Source: Eledone cirrhosa
Lineage: Eukaryota
Direction of reading: 5' to 3'
DNA length: 64,000 nucleotides
Assembly: GCA_964016885.1 (NCBI GenBank)
Contig: OZ024740.1
Location: 34,782,001 to 34,846,000, forward strand
Part shown: in pieces, positions 39,273-53,276 of the stretch
How the letters are laid out: the number at the start of each line of letters is the position of its first letter
How positions within the stretch are numbered: position 1 is the first letter of the stretch
The notes under the pieces: model-generated
Told to the model about the DNA's origin: nothing
Databases searched by the model: none
The model's input: only the letters and a program-made list of their open reading frames with translations
Made by a program: the position numbers and the translations under genes

Positions 39273-39913
39273 AGATAAAGTACTGTGGTAGTGTCTGCCT
39301 GTCTGTCTCTCCCTCTCTCTCTCTAGATAAAGTCCTGTGCTAGTGTCTGTCTGTCTCTCTCTCTCTAGATAAAGTACTGTGGTAGTGTCTGTCTGTCTCT
39401 ATCTCTCTCTAGATAAAGTACTGTGGTAGTGTCTGTCTGTCTCTCTCTCTAGATAAAGTACTGTGGTTGTGTCTCTCTGGCTCTCTCTTGAGATAAAGTA
39501 CTGTTGTAGTGTCTGTTTGTCTCTCTCTCTCTAGATAAAGTACTGTGGTAGTGTCTGTCTGTCTCTCTCTCTCTCTCTCTAGATAAAGTACTGTGGTAGA
39601 GTCTGTCTGTCTTTGTTTCTCTCTAGATAAAGTACTGTGGTAGTGTCTGTCTGTCTGTCTCTCTCTCTCTAGATAAAGTACTGTGGTAGTGTCTGTCTGT
39701 TTCTCTCTCTCTAGATACAGTACTGTGGTAGTGTCTGTCTGTCTGTCTCTCTCTCTCTAGATAAAGTACTGTGGTAGTGTCTGTCTGTCTGTCTCTCTCA
39801 CTCTAGATAAAGTACTGTGGTAGTGACTGTCTGTCTGTCTGTCTCTCTCTCTCTCTAGATAAAGTACTGTGGTAGTGTCTGTCTGTCTCTACCTAGATAA
39901 AGTAATGTGGTAG

Positions 39914-39997
<84 letters not shown>

Positions 39998-40250
39998 GAT
40001 AAAGCACTGTGGTAGTGTCTGCCTGTCTCTCTCTCTCTCTAGATAATGTACTGTGGTACTGTCTGTCTCTCTTTCTCTCTCTAGATAATGTACTCTGGTA
40101 GTGGCTGTCTGTCTGTCTCTCTCTCTCTCTCTCTAGATAAAGTACTGTGGTAGTGTCTGTCTGTCTCACTCTCTCTCTCCTCTAGATAAAGTACTGTGGT
40201 AGTGTCTGTCTGTCTCTCTCTCTCTCTCTAGATAAAGAACTGTGGTAGTT

Positions 40251-40281
<31 letters not shown>

Positions 40282-40396
40282 AGATAAAGTACTGTGGTAG
40301 TGTCTGTCTGCCTGTGTCTCTCTCTCTCTCTAGATAAAGTACTGTGGTAGTGTCTGTCTGTCTCTCTCTCTCTCTCTAGATAAAGTACTGTGGTAG

Positions 40397-40433
<37 letters not shown>

Positions 40434-40558
40434 AGATAAAGTATTGTGGTAGTGTCTGTCTGTCTGTCTCTCTCTCTCTAGATAAAGTACTGTGGTAGTG
40501 TCTGTCTGTCTGTCTCTCTGTTTGTCTCTCTCTCTCTCTAGATAAAGTACTGTGGTTG

Positions 40559-40591
<33 letters not shown>

Positions 40592-40698
40592 AGATAAAGT
40601 ACTGTGGTAGTGTCTGTCTGTCTTTCTCTCTCTCTAGATAAAGTACTGTGGTAGTGTCTGTCTGTCTGTCTCTCTCTCTAGATAAAGTACTGTGGTAG

Positions 40699-40747
<49 letters not shown>

Positions 40748-40854
40748 AAAGTACTGTGGTAGTGTCTGCCTGTCTGTCTCTCTCTCACTCTCTCTCTTTA
40801 GATAAAGTACTATGGTAGTTTCTGTCTGTCTTTAGATAAAGAACTGTGGTAGTT

Positions 40855-40885
<31 letters not shown>

Positions 40886-41234
40886 AGATAAAGTACTGTG
40901 GTAGTGTCTGTCTGCCTGTGTCTCTCTCTCTCTCTAGATAAAGTACTGTGGTAGTGTCTGTCTGTCTCTCTCTCTCTCTCCTCTAGATAAAGTACTGTGG
41001 TAGTGTCTGTCTGTCTGTCTCTCTGTCTCTCTAGATAAAGTACTGTGGTAGTGTCTGTCTGTCTCTCTCTCTCTCTCGCTCTCTTTAGATAAAGTACTGT
41101 GGTAGTTTCTGTCTGTCTCTAGATAAAGTACTGTGGTAGTGTCTGTCTGTCTCACTCTCTCTCTCCTCTAGATAAAGTACTGTGGTAGTGTCTGTCTGTC
41201 TCTCTCTCTCTCTCTAGATAAAGTACTGTGGTAG

Positions 41235-41269
<35 letters not shown>

Positions 41270-41646
41270 AGATAAAGTACTGTGGTAGTTTCTGTCTGTC
41301 TCTAGATAAAGTACTGTGGTAGTGTCTGTCTCTCTCTCTCTCTCTCTCTCTAGATAAAGTACTGCGGTAGTATCTGTCTGTCTGTCTCTCTCTCTCTAGA
41401 TAAAGTACTGTGGTAGTGTCTGTCTGTCTCTCTCTAGATAAAGTACTGTGGTAGTGTCTGTCTGTCTGTCTCTCTCTCTCTCTAAATAAAGTACTGTGGT
41501 AGTGTCGGTCTGTCTGTCTCTCTCTCTCTCTCTAGATAAAGTACTGTGGTAGTGTCCGTCTGTCTCTCTCTCTCTCTCTAGATAAAGTACTGTGGTAGTG
41601 TCTGTCTGTCTGTCTCTCTCACTCTCTAGATAAAGTACTGTGGTAG

Positions 41647-41677
<31 letters not shown>

Positions 41678-41788
41678 AAATAAAGTACTGTGGTAGTGTC
41701 TGTCTGTCTGTCTCTCTCTCTCTCTAGATAAAGTACTGTGGTAATGACTGTCTCTCTCTCTCTCTCTCTAGATAAAGTACTGTGGTAG

Positions 41789-41832
<44 letters not shown>

Positions 41833-41850
41833 GATAAAGTACTGTGGTAG

Positions 41851-41899
<49 letters not shown>

Positions 41900-41906
<7 letters not shown>

Positions 41907-42116
41907 GATAAAGTACTGTGGTAATGTCTGTTTGTCTGTCCCTCTCTCTCTCTCTAGATAAAGTACTGTCGTAGTGTCTGTCTGTCTCTCTATCTCTCTA
42001 GATAAAGTACTGTGGTAGTGTATATCTGTCTCTCTCTCTCTCTCTCTCTAGATAAAGTACTGCGGTAGTGTCTGTCTGTCTGTCTCTCTCTCTCTCTAGA
42101 TAAAGTACTGTGGTAG

Positions 42117-42155
<39 letters not shown>

Positions 42156-42802
42156 AGATAAAGTACTGTGGTAGTGTCTGCCTGTCTGTCTCTCCCTCTC
42201 TCTCTCTAGATAAAGTCCTGTGCTAGTGTCTGTCTGTCTCTCTCTCTCTAGATAAAGTACTGTGGTAGTGTCTGTCTGTCTCTATCTCTCTCTAGATAAA
42301 GTACTGTGGTAGTGTCTGTCTGTCTCTCTCTCTAGATAAAGTACTGTGGTTGCGTCTCTCTGGCTCTCTCTTTAGATAAAGTACTGTTGTAGTGTCTGTT
42401 TGTCTCTCTCTCTCTAGATAAAGTACTGTGGTAGTGTCTGTCTGTCTCTCTCTCTCTCTCTCTAGATAAAGTACTGTGGTAGAGTCTGTCTGTCTTTGTT
42501 TCTCTCTAGATAAAGTACTGTGGTAGTGTCTGTCTGTCTGTCTCTCTCTCTCTAGATAAAGTACTGTGGTAGTGTCTGTCTGTTTCTCTCTCTCTAGATA
42601 CAGTACTGTGGTAGTGTCTGTCTGTCTGTCTCTCTCTCTCTAGATAAAGTACTGTGGTAGTGTCTGTCTGTCTGTCTCTCTCACTCTAGATAAAGTACTG
42701 TGGTAGTGACTGTCTGTCTGTCTGTCTCTCTCTCTCTCTAGATAAAGTACTGTGGTAGTGTCTGTCTGTCTCTACCTAGATAAAGTAATGTGGTAGTGTC
42801 TG

Positions 42803-42858
<56 letters not shown>

Positions 42859-43062
42859 GATAAAGCACTGTGGTAGTGTCTACCTGTCTCTCTCTCTCTC
42901 TAGATAATGTACTGTGGTACTGTCTGTCTCTCTTTCTCTCTCTAGATAATGTACTCTGGTAGTGGCTGTCTGTCTGTCTCTCTCTCTCTCTCTCTAGATA
43001 AAGAACTGTGGTAGGGTCTGTTAGTCTCTCTCTCTCTCTCTAGATAAAGAACTGTGGTAGTT

Positions 43063-43093
<31 letters not shown>

Positions 43094-43208
43094 AGATAAA
43101 GTACTGTGGTAGTGTCTGTCTGCCTGTGTCTCTCTCTCTCTCTAGATAAAGTACTGTGGTAGTGTCTGTCTGTCTCTCTCTCTCTCTCTAGATAAAGTAC
43201 TGTGGTAG

Positions 43209-43245
<37 letters not shown>

Positions 43246-43370
43246 AGATAAAGTATTGTGGTAGTGTCTGTCTGTCTGTCTCTCTCTCTCTAGAGAAAGT
43301 ACTGTGGTAGTGTCTGTCTGTCTGTCTCTCTGTTTGTCTCTCTCTCTCTCTAGATAAAGTACTGTGGTTG

Positions 43371-43411
<41 letters not shown>

Positions 43412-43562
43412 AGATAAAGTACTGTGGTAGTGTCTGTCTGTCTTTCTCTCTCTCTAGATAAAGTACTGTGGTAGTGTCTGTCTGTCTGTCTCTCTCTCTA
43501 GATAAAGTACTGTGGTAGTGTCTGTCTCTCTCTCTCTCTCTCTAGATAAAGTACTGTGGTAG

Positions 43563-43606
<44 letters not shown>

Positions 43607-43624
43607 GATAAAGTACTGTGGTAG

Positions 43625-43680
<56 letters not shown>

Positions 43681-43890
43681 GATAAAGTACTGTGGTAATG
43701 TCTGTTTGTCTGTCCCTCTCTCTCTCTCTAGATAAAGTACTGTCGTAGTGTCTGTCTGTCTCTCTATCTCTCTAGATAAAGTACTGTGGTAGTGTATATC
43801 TGTCTCTCTCTCTCTCTCTCTCTAGATAAAGTACTGCGGTAGTGTCTGTCTGTCTGTCTCTCTCTCTCTCTAGATAAAGTACTGTGGTAG

Positions 43891-43929
<39 letters not shown>

Positions 43930-44576
43930 AGATAAAGTACTGTGGTAGTGTCTGCCTGTCTGTCTCTCCCTCTCTCTCTCTAGATAAAGTCCTGTGCTAG
44001 TGTCTGTCTGTCTCTCTCTCTCTAGATAAAGTACTGTGGTAGTGTCTGTCTGTCTCTATCTCTCTCTAGATAAAGTACTGTGGTAGTGTCTGTCTGTCTC
44101 TCTCTCTAGATAAAGTACTGTGGTTGCGTCTCTCTGGCTCTCTCTTTAGATAAAGTACTGTTGTAGTGTCTGTTTGTCTCTCTCTCTCTAGATAAAGTAC
44201 TGTGGTAGTGTCTGTCTGTCTCTCTCTCTCTCTCTCTAGATAAAGTACTGTGGTAGAGTCTGTCTGTCTTTGTTTCTCTCTAGATAAAGTACTGTGGTAG
44301 TGTCTGTCTGTCTGTCTCTCTCTCTCTAGATAAAGTACTGTGGTAGTGTCTGTCTGTTTCTCTCTCTCTAGATACAGTACTGTGGTAGTGTCTGTCTGTC
44401 TGTCTCTCTCTCTCTAGATAAAGTACTGTGGTAGTGTCTGTCTGTCTGTCTCTCTCACTCTAGATAAAGTACTGTGGTAGTGACTGTCTGTCTGTCTGTC
44501 TCTCTCTCTCTCTAGATAAAGTACTGTGGTAGTGTCTGTCTGTCTCTACCTAGATAAAGTAATGTGGTAGTGTCTG

Positions 44577-44638
<62 letters not shown>

Positions 44639-44841
44639 ATAAAGCACTGTGGTAGTGTCTACCTGTCTCTCTCTCTCTCTAGATAATGTACTGTGGTACT
44701 GTCTGTCTCTCTTTCTCTCTCTAGATAATGTACTCTGGTAGTGGCTGTCTGTCTGTCTCTCTCTCTCTCTCTCTAGATAAAGAACTGTGGTAGGGTCTGT
44801 TAGTCTCTCTCTCTCTCTCTAGATAAAGAACTGTGGTAGTT

Positions 44842-44872
<31 letters not shown>

Positions 44873-44987
44873 AGATAAAGTACTGTGGTAGTGTCTGTCT
44901 GCCTGTGTCTCTCTCTCTCTCTAGATAAAGTACTGTGGTAGTGTCTGTCTGTCTCTCTCTCTCTCTCTAGATAAAGTACTGTGGTAG

Positions 44988-45024
<37 letters not shown>

Positions 45025-45149
45025 AGATAAAGTATTGTGGTAGTGTCTGTCTGTCTGTCTCTCTCTCTCTAGAGAAAGTACTGTGGTAGTGTCTGTCTGT
45101 CTGTCTCTCTGTTTGTCTCTCTCTCTCTCTAGATAAAGTACTGTGGTTG

Positions 45150-45188
<39 letters not shown>

Positions 45189-45295
45189 AGATAAAGTACT
45201 GTGGTAGTGTCTGTCTGTCTTTCTCTCTCTCTAGATAAAGTACTGTGGTAGTGTCTGTCTGTCTGTCTCTCTCTCTAGATAAAGTACTGTGGTAG

Positions 45296-45330
<35 letters not shown>
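41900..45330 (+). repeat. Higher-order tandem duplication, 2 x ~1775 bp
   Basis: gtcctgtgc at 42215/43989 and tgcgtc at 42351/44125 (offset 1774); tagagaaag at 43291/45070 (offset 1779). Confidence 0.85.
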
Positions 45331-45364
<34 letters not shown>

Positions 45365-45477
45365 ATAAAGTACTGTGGTAGTGTCTGCCTGTCTGTCTCT
45401 CTCTCACTCTCTCTCTTTAGATAAAGTACTATGGTAGTTTCTGTCTGTCTCTAGATAAAGAACTGTGGTAGTTTCTT

Positions 45478-45508
<31 letters not shown>

Positions 45509-45674
45509 AGATAAAGTACTGTGGTAGTGTCTGTCTGCCTGTGTCTCTCTCTCTCTCTAGATAAAGTACTGTGGTAGTGTCTGTCTGTCTGTCTCTCTCT
45601 CTCCTCTAGATAAAGTACTGTGGTAGTGTCTGTCTGTCTGTCTCTCTGTCTCTCTAGATAAAGTACTGTGGTAG

Positions 45675-45711
<37 letters not shown>

Positions 45712-45861
45712 TTAGATAAAGTACTGTGGTAGTTTCTGTCTGTCTCTAGATAAAGTACTGTGGTAGTGTCTGTCTGTCTCACTCTCTCTCTCCTCTAGAT
45801 AAAGTACTGTGGTAGTGTCTGTCTGTCTCTCTCTCTCTCTCTAGATAAAGTACTGTGGTAG

Positions 45862-45896
<35 letters not shown>

Positions 45897-46129
45897 AGAT
45901 AAAGTACTGTGGTAGTTTCTGTCTGTCTCTAGATAAAGTACTGTGGTAGTGTCTGTCTATCTCTCTCTCTCTCTCTCTAGATAAAGTACTGCGGTAGTAT
46001 CTGTCTGTCTGTCTCTCTCTCTCTAGATAAAGTACTGTGGTAGTGTCTGTCTGTCTCTCTCTAGATAAAGTACTGTGGTAGTGTCTGTCTGTCTGTCTCT
46101 CTCTCTCTCTAAATAAAGTACTGTGGTAG

Positions 46130-46160
<31 letters not shown>

Positions 46161-46273
46161 AGATAAAGTACTGTGGTAGTGTCTGTCTGTCTCTCTCTCT
46201 CTCTCTAGATAAAGTACTGTGGTAGTGTCTGTCTGTCTGTCTCTCTCACTCTCTAGATAAAGTACTGTGGTAG

Positions 46274-46304
<31 letters not shown>

Positions 46305-46415
46305 AAATAAAGTACTGTGGTAGTGTCTGTCTGTCTGTCTCTCTCTCTCTCTAGATAAAGTACTGTGGTAATGACTGTCTCTCTCTCTCTCTCTCTAGAT
46401 AAAGTACTGTGGTAG

Positions 46416-46459
<44 letters not shown>

Positions 46460-46602
46460 GATAAAGTACTGTGGTAGTGTCTGTCTGTCTCTCTCTCTAA
46501 ATAAAGTACTTTGGTAATGTCTGTCTGTCTCTCTCTCTCTCTAGATAAAGTACTGTGGTAGTGTCTGTGTGTCTCTCTCTAGATAATGTACTCTGGTAGT
46601 GG

Positions 46603-46634
<32 letters not shown>

Positions 46635-46701
46635 AGATAAAGAACTGTGGTAGGGTCTGTTAGTCTCTCTCTCTCTCTCTAGATAAAGAACTGTGGTAGT
46701 T

Positions 46702-46732
<31 letters not shown>

Positions 46733-46795
46733 AGATAAAGTACTGTGGTAGTGTCTGTCTGTCTCTCTCTCTCTCTAGATAAAGTACTGTGGTAG

Positions 46796-46841
<46 letters not shown>

Positions 46842-47101
46842 GATAAAGTATTGTGGTAGTGTCTGTCTGTCTGTCTCTCTCTCTCTAGATAAAGTACTGT
46901 GGTAGTGTCTGTCTGTCTGTCTCTCTGTTTGTCTCTCTCTCTCTCTAGATAAAGTACTGTGGTAGTGTCTGTCTGTCTGTCTCTCTCTCTCTCTAGATAA
47001 AGTACTGTGGTAGTGTCTGTCTGTCTTTCTCTCTCTCTAGATAAAGTACTGTGGTAGTGTCTGTCTGTCTGTCTCTCTCTCTAGATAAAGTACTGTGGTA
47101 G

Positions 47102-47154
<53 letters not shown>

Positions 47155-47307
47155 ATAAAGTACTGTGGTAGTGTCTGTCTGTCTGTCTCTCTCTCACTCT
47201 CTCTCTTTAGATAAAGTACTATGGTAGTTTCTGTCTGTCTCTAGATAAAGTACTGTGGTAGTGTCTGTCTGTCTCTCTCTCTCTCTCTAGATAAAGTACT
47301 GTGGTAG

Positions 47308-47347
<40 letters not shown>

Positions 47348-47464
47348 GATAAAGTACTGTGGTAGTGTCTGTCTGTCTCTCTCTCTCTCTCTCCTCTAGA
47401 TAAAGTACTGTGGTAGTGTCTGTCTGTCTGTCTCTCTGTCTCTCTAGATAAAGTACCGTGGTAG

Positions 47465-47503
<39 letters not shown>

Positions 47504-47558
47504 TTAGATAAAGTACTGTGGTAGTTTCTGTCTGTCTCTAGATAAAGTACTGTGGTAG

Positions 47559-47602
<44 letters not shown>

Positions 47603-47699
47603 GATAAAGTACTGTGGTAGTGTCTGTCTGTCTCTCTCTCTCTCTCTCCTCTAGATAAAGTACTGTGGTAGTGTCTGTCTGTCTGTCTCTCTGTCTCTC

Positions 47700-47857
47700 T
47701 AGATAAAGTACTGTGGTAGTGTCTGTCTGTCTGTCAATCTCTCTCTCTCTCTCTCTTTAGATAAAGTACTGTGGTAGTTTCTGTCTGTCTCTAGATAAAG
47801 TACTGTGGTAGTGTCTGTCTGTCTCTCTCTCTCTCTCTAGATAAAGTACTGTGGTAG

Positions 47858-47892
<35 letters not shown>

Positions 47893-48125
47893 AGATAAAG
47901 TACTGTGGTAGTTTCTGTCTGTCTCTAGATAAAGTACTGTGGTAGTGTCTGTCTATCTCTCTCTCTCTCTCTCTAGATAAAGTACTGCGGTAGTATCTGT
48001 CTGTCTGTCTCTCTCTCTCTAGATAAAGTACTGTGGTAGTGTCTGTCTGTCTCTCTCTAGATAAAGTACTGTGGTAGTGTCTGTCTGTCTGTCTCTCTCT
48101 CTCTCTAAATAAAGTACTGTGGTAG

Positions 48126-48158
<33 letters not shown>

Positions 48159-48271
48159 AGATAAAGTACTGTGGTAGTGTCTGTCTGTCTCTCTCTCTCT
48201 CTCTAGATAAAGTACTGTGGTAGTGTCTGTCTGTCTGTCTCTCTCACTCTCTAGATAAAGTACTGTGGTAG

Positions 48272-48302
<31 letters not shown>

Positions 48303-49201
48303 AAATAAAGTACTGTGGTAGTGTCTGTCTGTCTGTCTCTCTCTCTCTCTAGATAAAGTACTGTGGTAATGACTGTCTCTCTCTCTCTCTCTAGATAAAG
48401 TACTGTGGTAGTGTCTGTCTGTCTCTCTCTCTCTCTCTCACTCTCTCTCTCTAGATAAAGTACTGTGGTAGTGTCTGTCTGTCTCTCTCTCTAAATAAAG
48501 TACTGTGGTAATGTCTGTCTGTCTCTCTCTCTCTCTAGATAAAGTACTGTGGTAGTGTCTGTGTGTCTCTCTCTAGATAAAGTACTGTGCTAGTGTCTGT
48601 CTGTCTCTCTCTCTCTCTCTCTAGATAAAGTACTGTGGTAGTGTCTGTCTGGCCCTCTCTCTCTCTCTCTCTAGATAAAGTACTGTCGTAGTGTCTGTCT
48701 CTCTCTCTCTCTCTAGATAAAGTACTGTGGTAGTGTCTGTCTGTCTGTCTCTCTCTCTCTAGATAAAGTACTGTGGTAGTGTCTGTCTCTCTCTCTCTCT
48801 TTCTCTCTCTCTCTAGATAAAGTACTGTGGTAATGTCTGTCTCACTCTCTCTCTCTTTCTCTCTCTAGATAAAGTACTGTGGTAGTGTCAGTCTGTCTCT
48901 CTCTCTCTCTCTAGATAAAGTACTGTGGTAGTGTCTGTCTGTCCCTCTCTCTCTAGATAAAGTACTGTGGTAGTGTCTGTCTGTCTCTCTCTCTCTAGAT
49001 AAAGTACTGTGGTAGTGTCTGTCTGTCTGTTTCTCTCTCTCTCTAGATAAAGTACTGTGGTAGTGTCTGTCTGTCTGTCAATCTCTCTCTCTCTCTCTCT
49101 TTAGATAAAGTACTGTGGTAGTTTCTGTCTGTCTCTAGATAAAGTACTGTGGTAGTGTCTGTCTGTCTCTCTCTCTCTCTCTAGATAAAGTACTGTGGTA
49201 G

Positions 49202-49236
<35 letters not shown>

Positions 49237-49469
49237 AGATAAAGTACTGTGGTAGTTTCTGTCTGTCTCTAGATAAAGTACTGTGGTAGTGTCTGTCTAT
49301 CTCTCTCTCTCTCTCTCTAGATAAAGTACTGCGGTAGTATCTGTCTGTCTGTCTCTCTCTCTCTAGATAAAGTACTGTGGTAGTGTCTGTCTGTCTCTCT
49401 CTAGATAAAGTACTGTGGTAGTGTCTGTCTGTCTGTCTCTCTCTCTCTCTAAATAAAGTACTGTGGTAG

Positions 49470-49502
<33 letters not shown>

Positions 49503-49615
49503 AGATAAAGTACTGTGGTAGTGTCTGTCTGTCTCTCTCTCTCTCTCTAAATAAAGTACTGTGGTAGTGTCTGTCTGTCTGTCTCTCTCACTCTCTAGAT
49601 TAAGTACTGTGGTAG

Positions 49616-49646
<31 letters not shown>

Positions 49647-50545
49647 AAATAAAGTACTGTGGTAGTGTCTGTCTGTCTGTCTCTCTCTCTCTCTAGATAA
49701 AGTACTGTGGTAATGACTGTCTCTCTCTCTCTCTCTAGATAAAGTACTGTGGTAGTGTCTGTCTGTCTCTCTCTCTCTCTCTCACTCTCTCTCTCTAGAT
49801 AAAGTACTGTGGTAGTGTCTGTCTGTCTCTCTCTCTAAATAAAGTACTGTGGTAATGTCTGTCTGTCTCTCTCTCTCTCTAGATAAAGTACTGTGGTAGT
49901 GTCTGTGTGTCTCTCTCTAGATAAAGTACTGTGCTAGTGTCTGTCTGTCTCTCTCTCTCTCTCTCTAGATAAAGTACTGTGGTAGTGTCTGTCTGGCCCT
50001 CTCTCTCTCTCTCTCTAGATAAAGTACTGTCGTAGTGTCTGTCTCTCTCTCTCTCTCTAGATAAAGTACTGTGGTAGTGTCTGTCTGTCTGTCTCTCTCT
50101 CTCTAGATAAAGTACTGTGGTAGTGTCTGTCTCTCTCTCTCTCTTTCTCTCTCTCTCTAGATAAAGTACTGTGGTAATGTCTGTCTCACTCTCTCTCTCT
50201 TTCTCTCTCTAGATAAAGTACTGTGGTAGTGTCAGTCTGTCTCTCTCTCTCTCTCTAGATAAAGTACTGTGGTAGTGTCTGTCTGTCCCTCTCTCTCTAG
50301 ATAAAGTACTGTGGTAGTGTCTGTCTGTCTCTCTCTCTCTAGATAAAGTACTGTGGTAGTGTCTGTCTGTCTGTTTCTCTCTCTCTCTAGATAAAGTACT
50401 GTGGTAGTGTCTGTCTGTCTGTCAATCTCTCTCTCTCTCTCTCTTTAGATAAAGTACTGTGGTAGTTTCTGTCTGTCTCTAGATAAAGTACTGTGGTAGT
50501 GTCTGTCTGTCTCTCTCTCTCTCTCTAGATAAAGTACTGTGGTAG

Positions 50546-50580
<35 letters not shown>

Positions 50581-50813
50581 AGATAAAGTACTGTGGTAGT
50601 TTCTGTCTGTCTCTAGATAAAGTACTGTGGTAGTGTCTGTCTATCTCTCTCTCTCTCTCTCTAGATAAAGTACTGCGGTAGTATCTGTCTGTCTGTCTCT
50701 CTCTCTCTAGATAAAGTACTGTGGTAGTGTCTGTCTGTCTCTCTCTAGATAAAGTACTGTGGTAGTGTCTGTCTGTCTGTCTCTCTCTCTCTCTAAATAA
50801 AGTACTGTGGTAG

Positions 50814-50846
<33 letters not shown>

Positions 50847-50959
50847 AGATAAAGTACTGTGGTAGTGTCTGTCTGTCTCTCTCTCTCTCTCTAGATAAAG
50901 TACTGTGGTAGTGTCTGTCTGTCTGTCTCTCTCACTCTCTAGATAAAGTACTGTGGTAG

Positions 50960-50990
<31 letters not shown>

Positions 50991-51740
50991 AAATAAAGTA
51001 CTGTGGTAGTGTCTGTCTGTCTGTCTCTCTCTCTCTCTAGATAAAGTACTGTGGTAATGACTGTCTCTCTCTCTCTCTCTAGATAAAGTACTGTGGTAGT
51101 GTCTGTCTGTCTCTCTCTCTCTCTCTCACTCTCTCTCTCTAGATAAAGTACTGTGGTAGTGTCTGTCTGTCTCTCTCTCTAAATAAAGTACTGTGGTAAT
51201 GTCTGTCTGTCTCTCTCTCTCTCTAGATAAAGTACTGTGGTAGTGTCTGTGTGTCTCTCTCTAGATAAAGTACTGTGCTAGTGTCTGTCTGTCTCTCTCT
51301 CTCTCTCTCTAGATAAAGTACTGTGGTAGTGTCTGTCTGGCCCTCTCTCTCTCTCTCTCTAGATAAAGTACTGTCGTAGTGTCTGTCTCTCTCTCTCTCT
51401 CTAGATAAAGTACTGTGGTAGTGTCTGTCTGTCTGTCTCTCTCTCTCTAGATAAAGTACTGTGGTAGTGTCTGTCTCTCTCTCTCTCTTTCTCTCTCTCT
51501 CTAGATAAAGTACTGTGGTAATGTCTGTCTCACTCTCTCTCTCTTTCTCTCTCTAGATAAAGTACTGTGGTAGTGTCAGTCTGTCTCTCTCTCTCTCTCT
51601 AGATAAAGTACTGTGGTAGTGTCTGTCTGTCCCTCTCTCTCTAGATAAAGTACTGTGGTAGTGTCTGTCTGTCTCTCTCTCTCTAGATAAAGTACTGTGG
51701 TAGTGTCTGTCTGTCTGTTTCTCTCTCTCTCTAGATAAAG
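47700..51740 (+). repeat. Higher-order tandem triplication, 3 x 1344 bp
   Basis: gtcaatct at 47736, 49080 and 50424; ggccct at 48651, 49995 and 51339; all spaced 1344. Confidence 0.92.
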
Positions 51741-52479
51741 TACTGTGGTAGTGTCTGTCTGTCTCTCTCTCTATCTCTCTCTAGATAAAGTACTGTGGTA
51801 GTGTCTGTCTGTTTCTCTCTCTCTCTAGATAAAGTACTGTGGTAGTGTCTGTCTGTCTCTCTCTCTCTAGATAAAGTACTGTCCTAGTGTCTGTCTGTCT
51901 CTCTCTCTGTAGATAAAGTACTGTGGTAGTGTCTGTCTGTCTCTCTCTCTCTCTAGATAAAGTACTGTGGTAGTGACTGTCTGTCTCTCTCTCTAGATAA
52001 AGTACTGTGGTAGTGTCTCTCAGTCTCTCTCTCTCTCTAGATAAAGTACTGTGGTAGTGTCTGTCTATCTCTCTCTCTCTAGATAAAGTACTGTGGTAGT
52101 GTCTGTCTGTCTCTCTGTCACTCTCTCTAGATAAAGTACTGTGGTAGTGTGTGTCTGTCTCTCTCTCTATCTAGATAAAGTACTGTGGTAGTGTCTGTCT
52201 CTCTATCTCTAGATAAAGTACTGTGGTAGTGTCTGTCTGTCTCTCTCTCTTTAGATAAAGTACTGTGGTAGTGTTTGTCTGTCTGTCTCTCTGTCTCTCT
52301 CTCTCTCTAGATAAAGTACTGTGGTAGTGTCTGTCTGTCTGTCACTCTCTCTCTCTCTCTCTCGATAAAGTACTGGGGTAGTGTCTGTCTGTCTTTCTCT
52401 CTCTCTAGATAAAGTACTGTGGTAGTGTCTGTCTGTCTGTCTCTCTCTCTCTCTAGATAAAGTACTGTGGTAGTGTCTG

Positions 52480-52530
<51 letters not shown>

Positions 52531-52595
52531 GTAAAGTACTGTGGTAGTGTCTGTCTGTCTGTCTCTCTCTCACTCTAGATAAATTACTGTGGTAG

Positions 52596-52626
<31 letters not shown>

Positions 52627-52796
52627 AGATAAAGTACTGTGGTAGTGTCTATCTGTCTCTCTCTCTCTCTCTCTCCTCTAGATAAAGTACTGTGGTAGTG
52701 TCTGTCTGTCTGTCTCTCTCTCTGTCTAGATAAAGTACTGAGGTTGTGTCTGTCTCTCTATCTCTCTCTCTCTCTCTAGATAAAGTACTGTGGTAG

Positions 52797-52829
<33 letters not shown>

Positions 52830-53241
52830 TTAGATAAAGTACTGTGGTAGTTTCTGTCTGTCTCTAGATAAAGTACTGTGGTAGTGTCTGTCTGTCTCTC
52901 TCTCTCTCTCTCCTCTAGATAAAGTACTGTGGCAGTGTCTGTCTGTCTCTCTCTCTCTCTCTAGATAAAGTACTGTGGTAGTGTCTGTCTGTCTGTCTCT
53001 CTCTCTCTCTGTCTCTCTCTGTCTCTCTCTAGATAAAGTACTGTAGTAGTGTCTGTTAGTCTCTCTCTCTCTCTCTCTAGATAAAGTACTGTGGCAGTTT
53101 CTGTCTGTCTCTCTCTCTCTCTCTCTAGATAAATTACTGTGGTAGTGTCTGTCTGTCTGCCTCTCTCTCTCTCTCTAGATAAAGTACTGTGGTAGTGTCT
53201 GTCTGTCTGTCTCTCTCTCTCTAAATAAAGTACTGTGGTAG

Positions 53242-53276
<35 letters not shown>

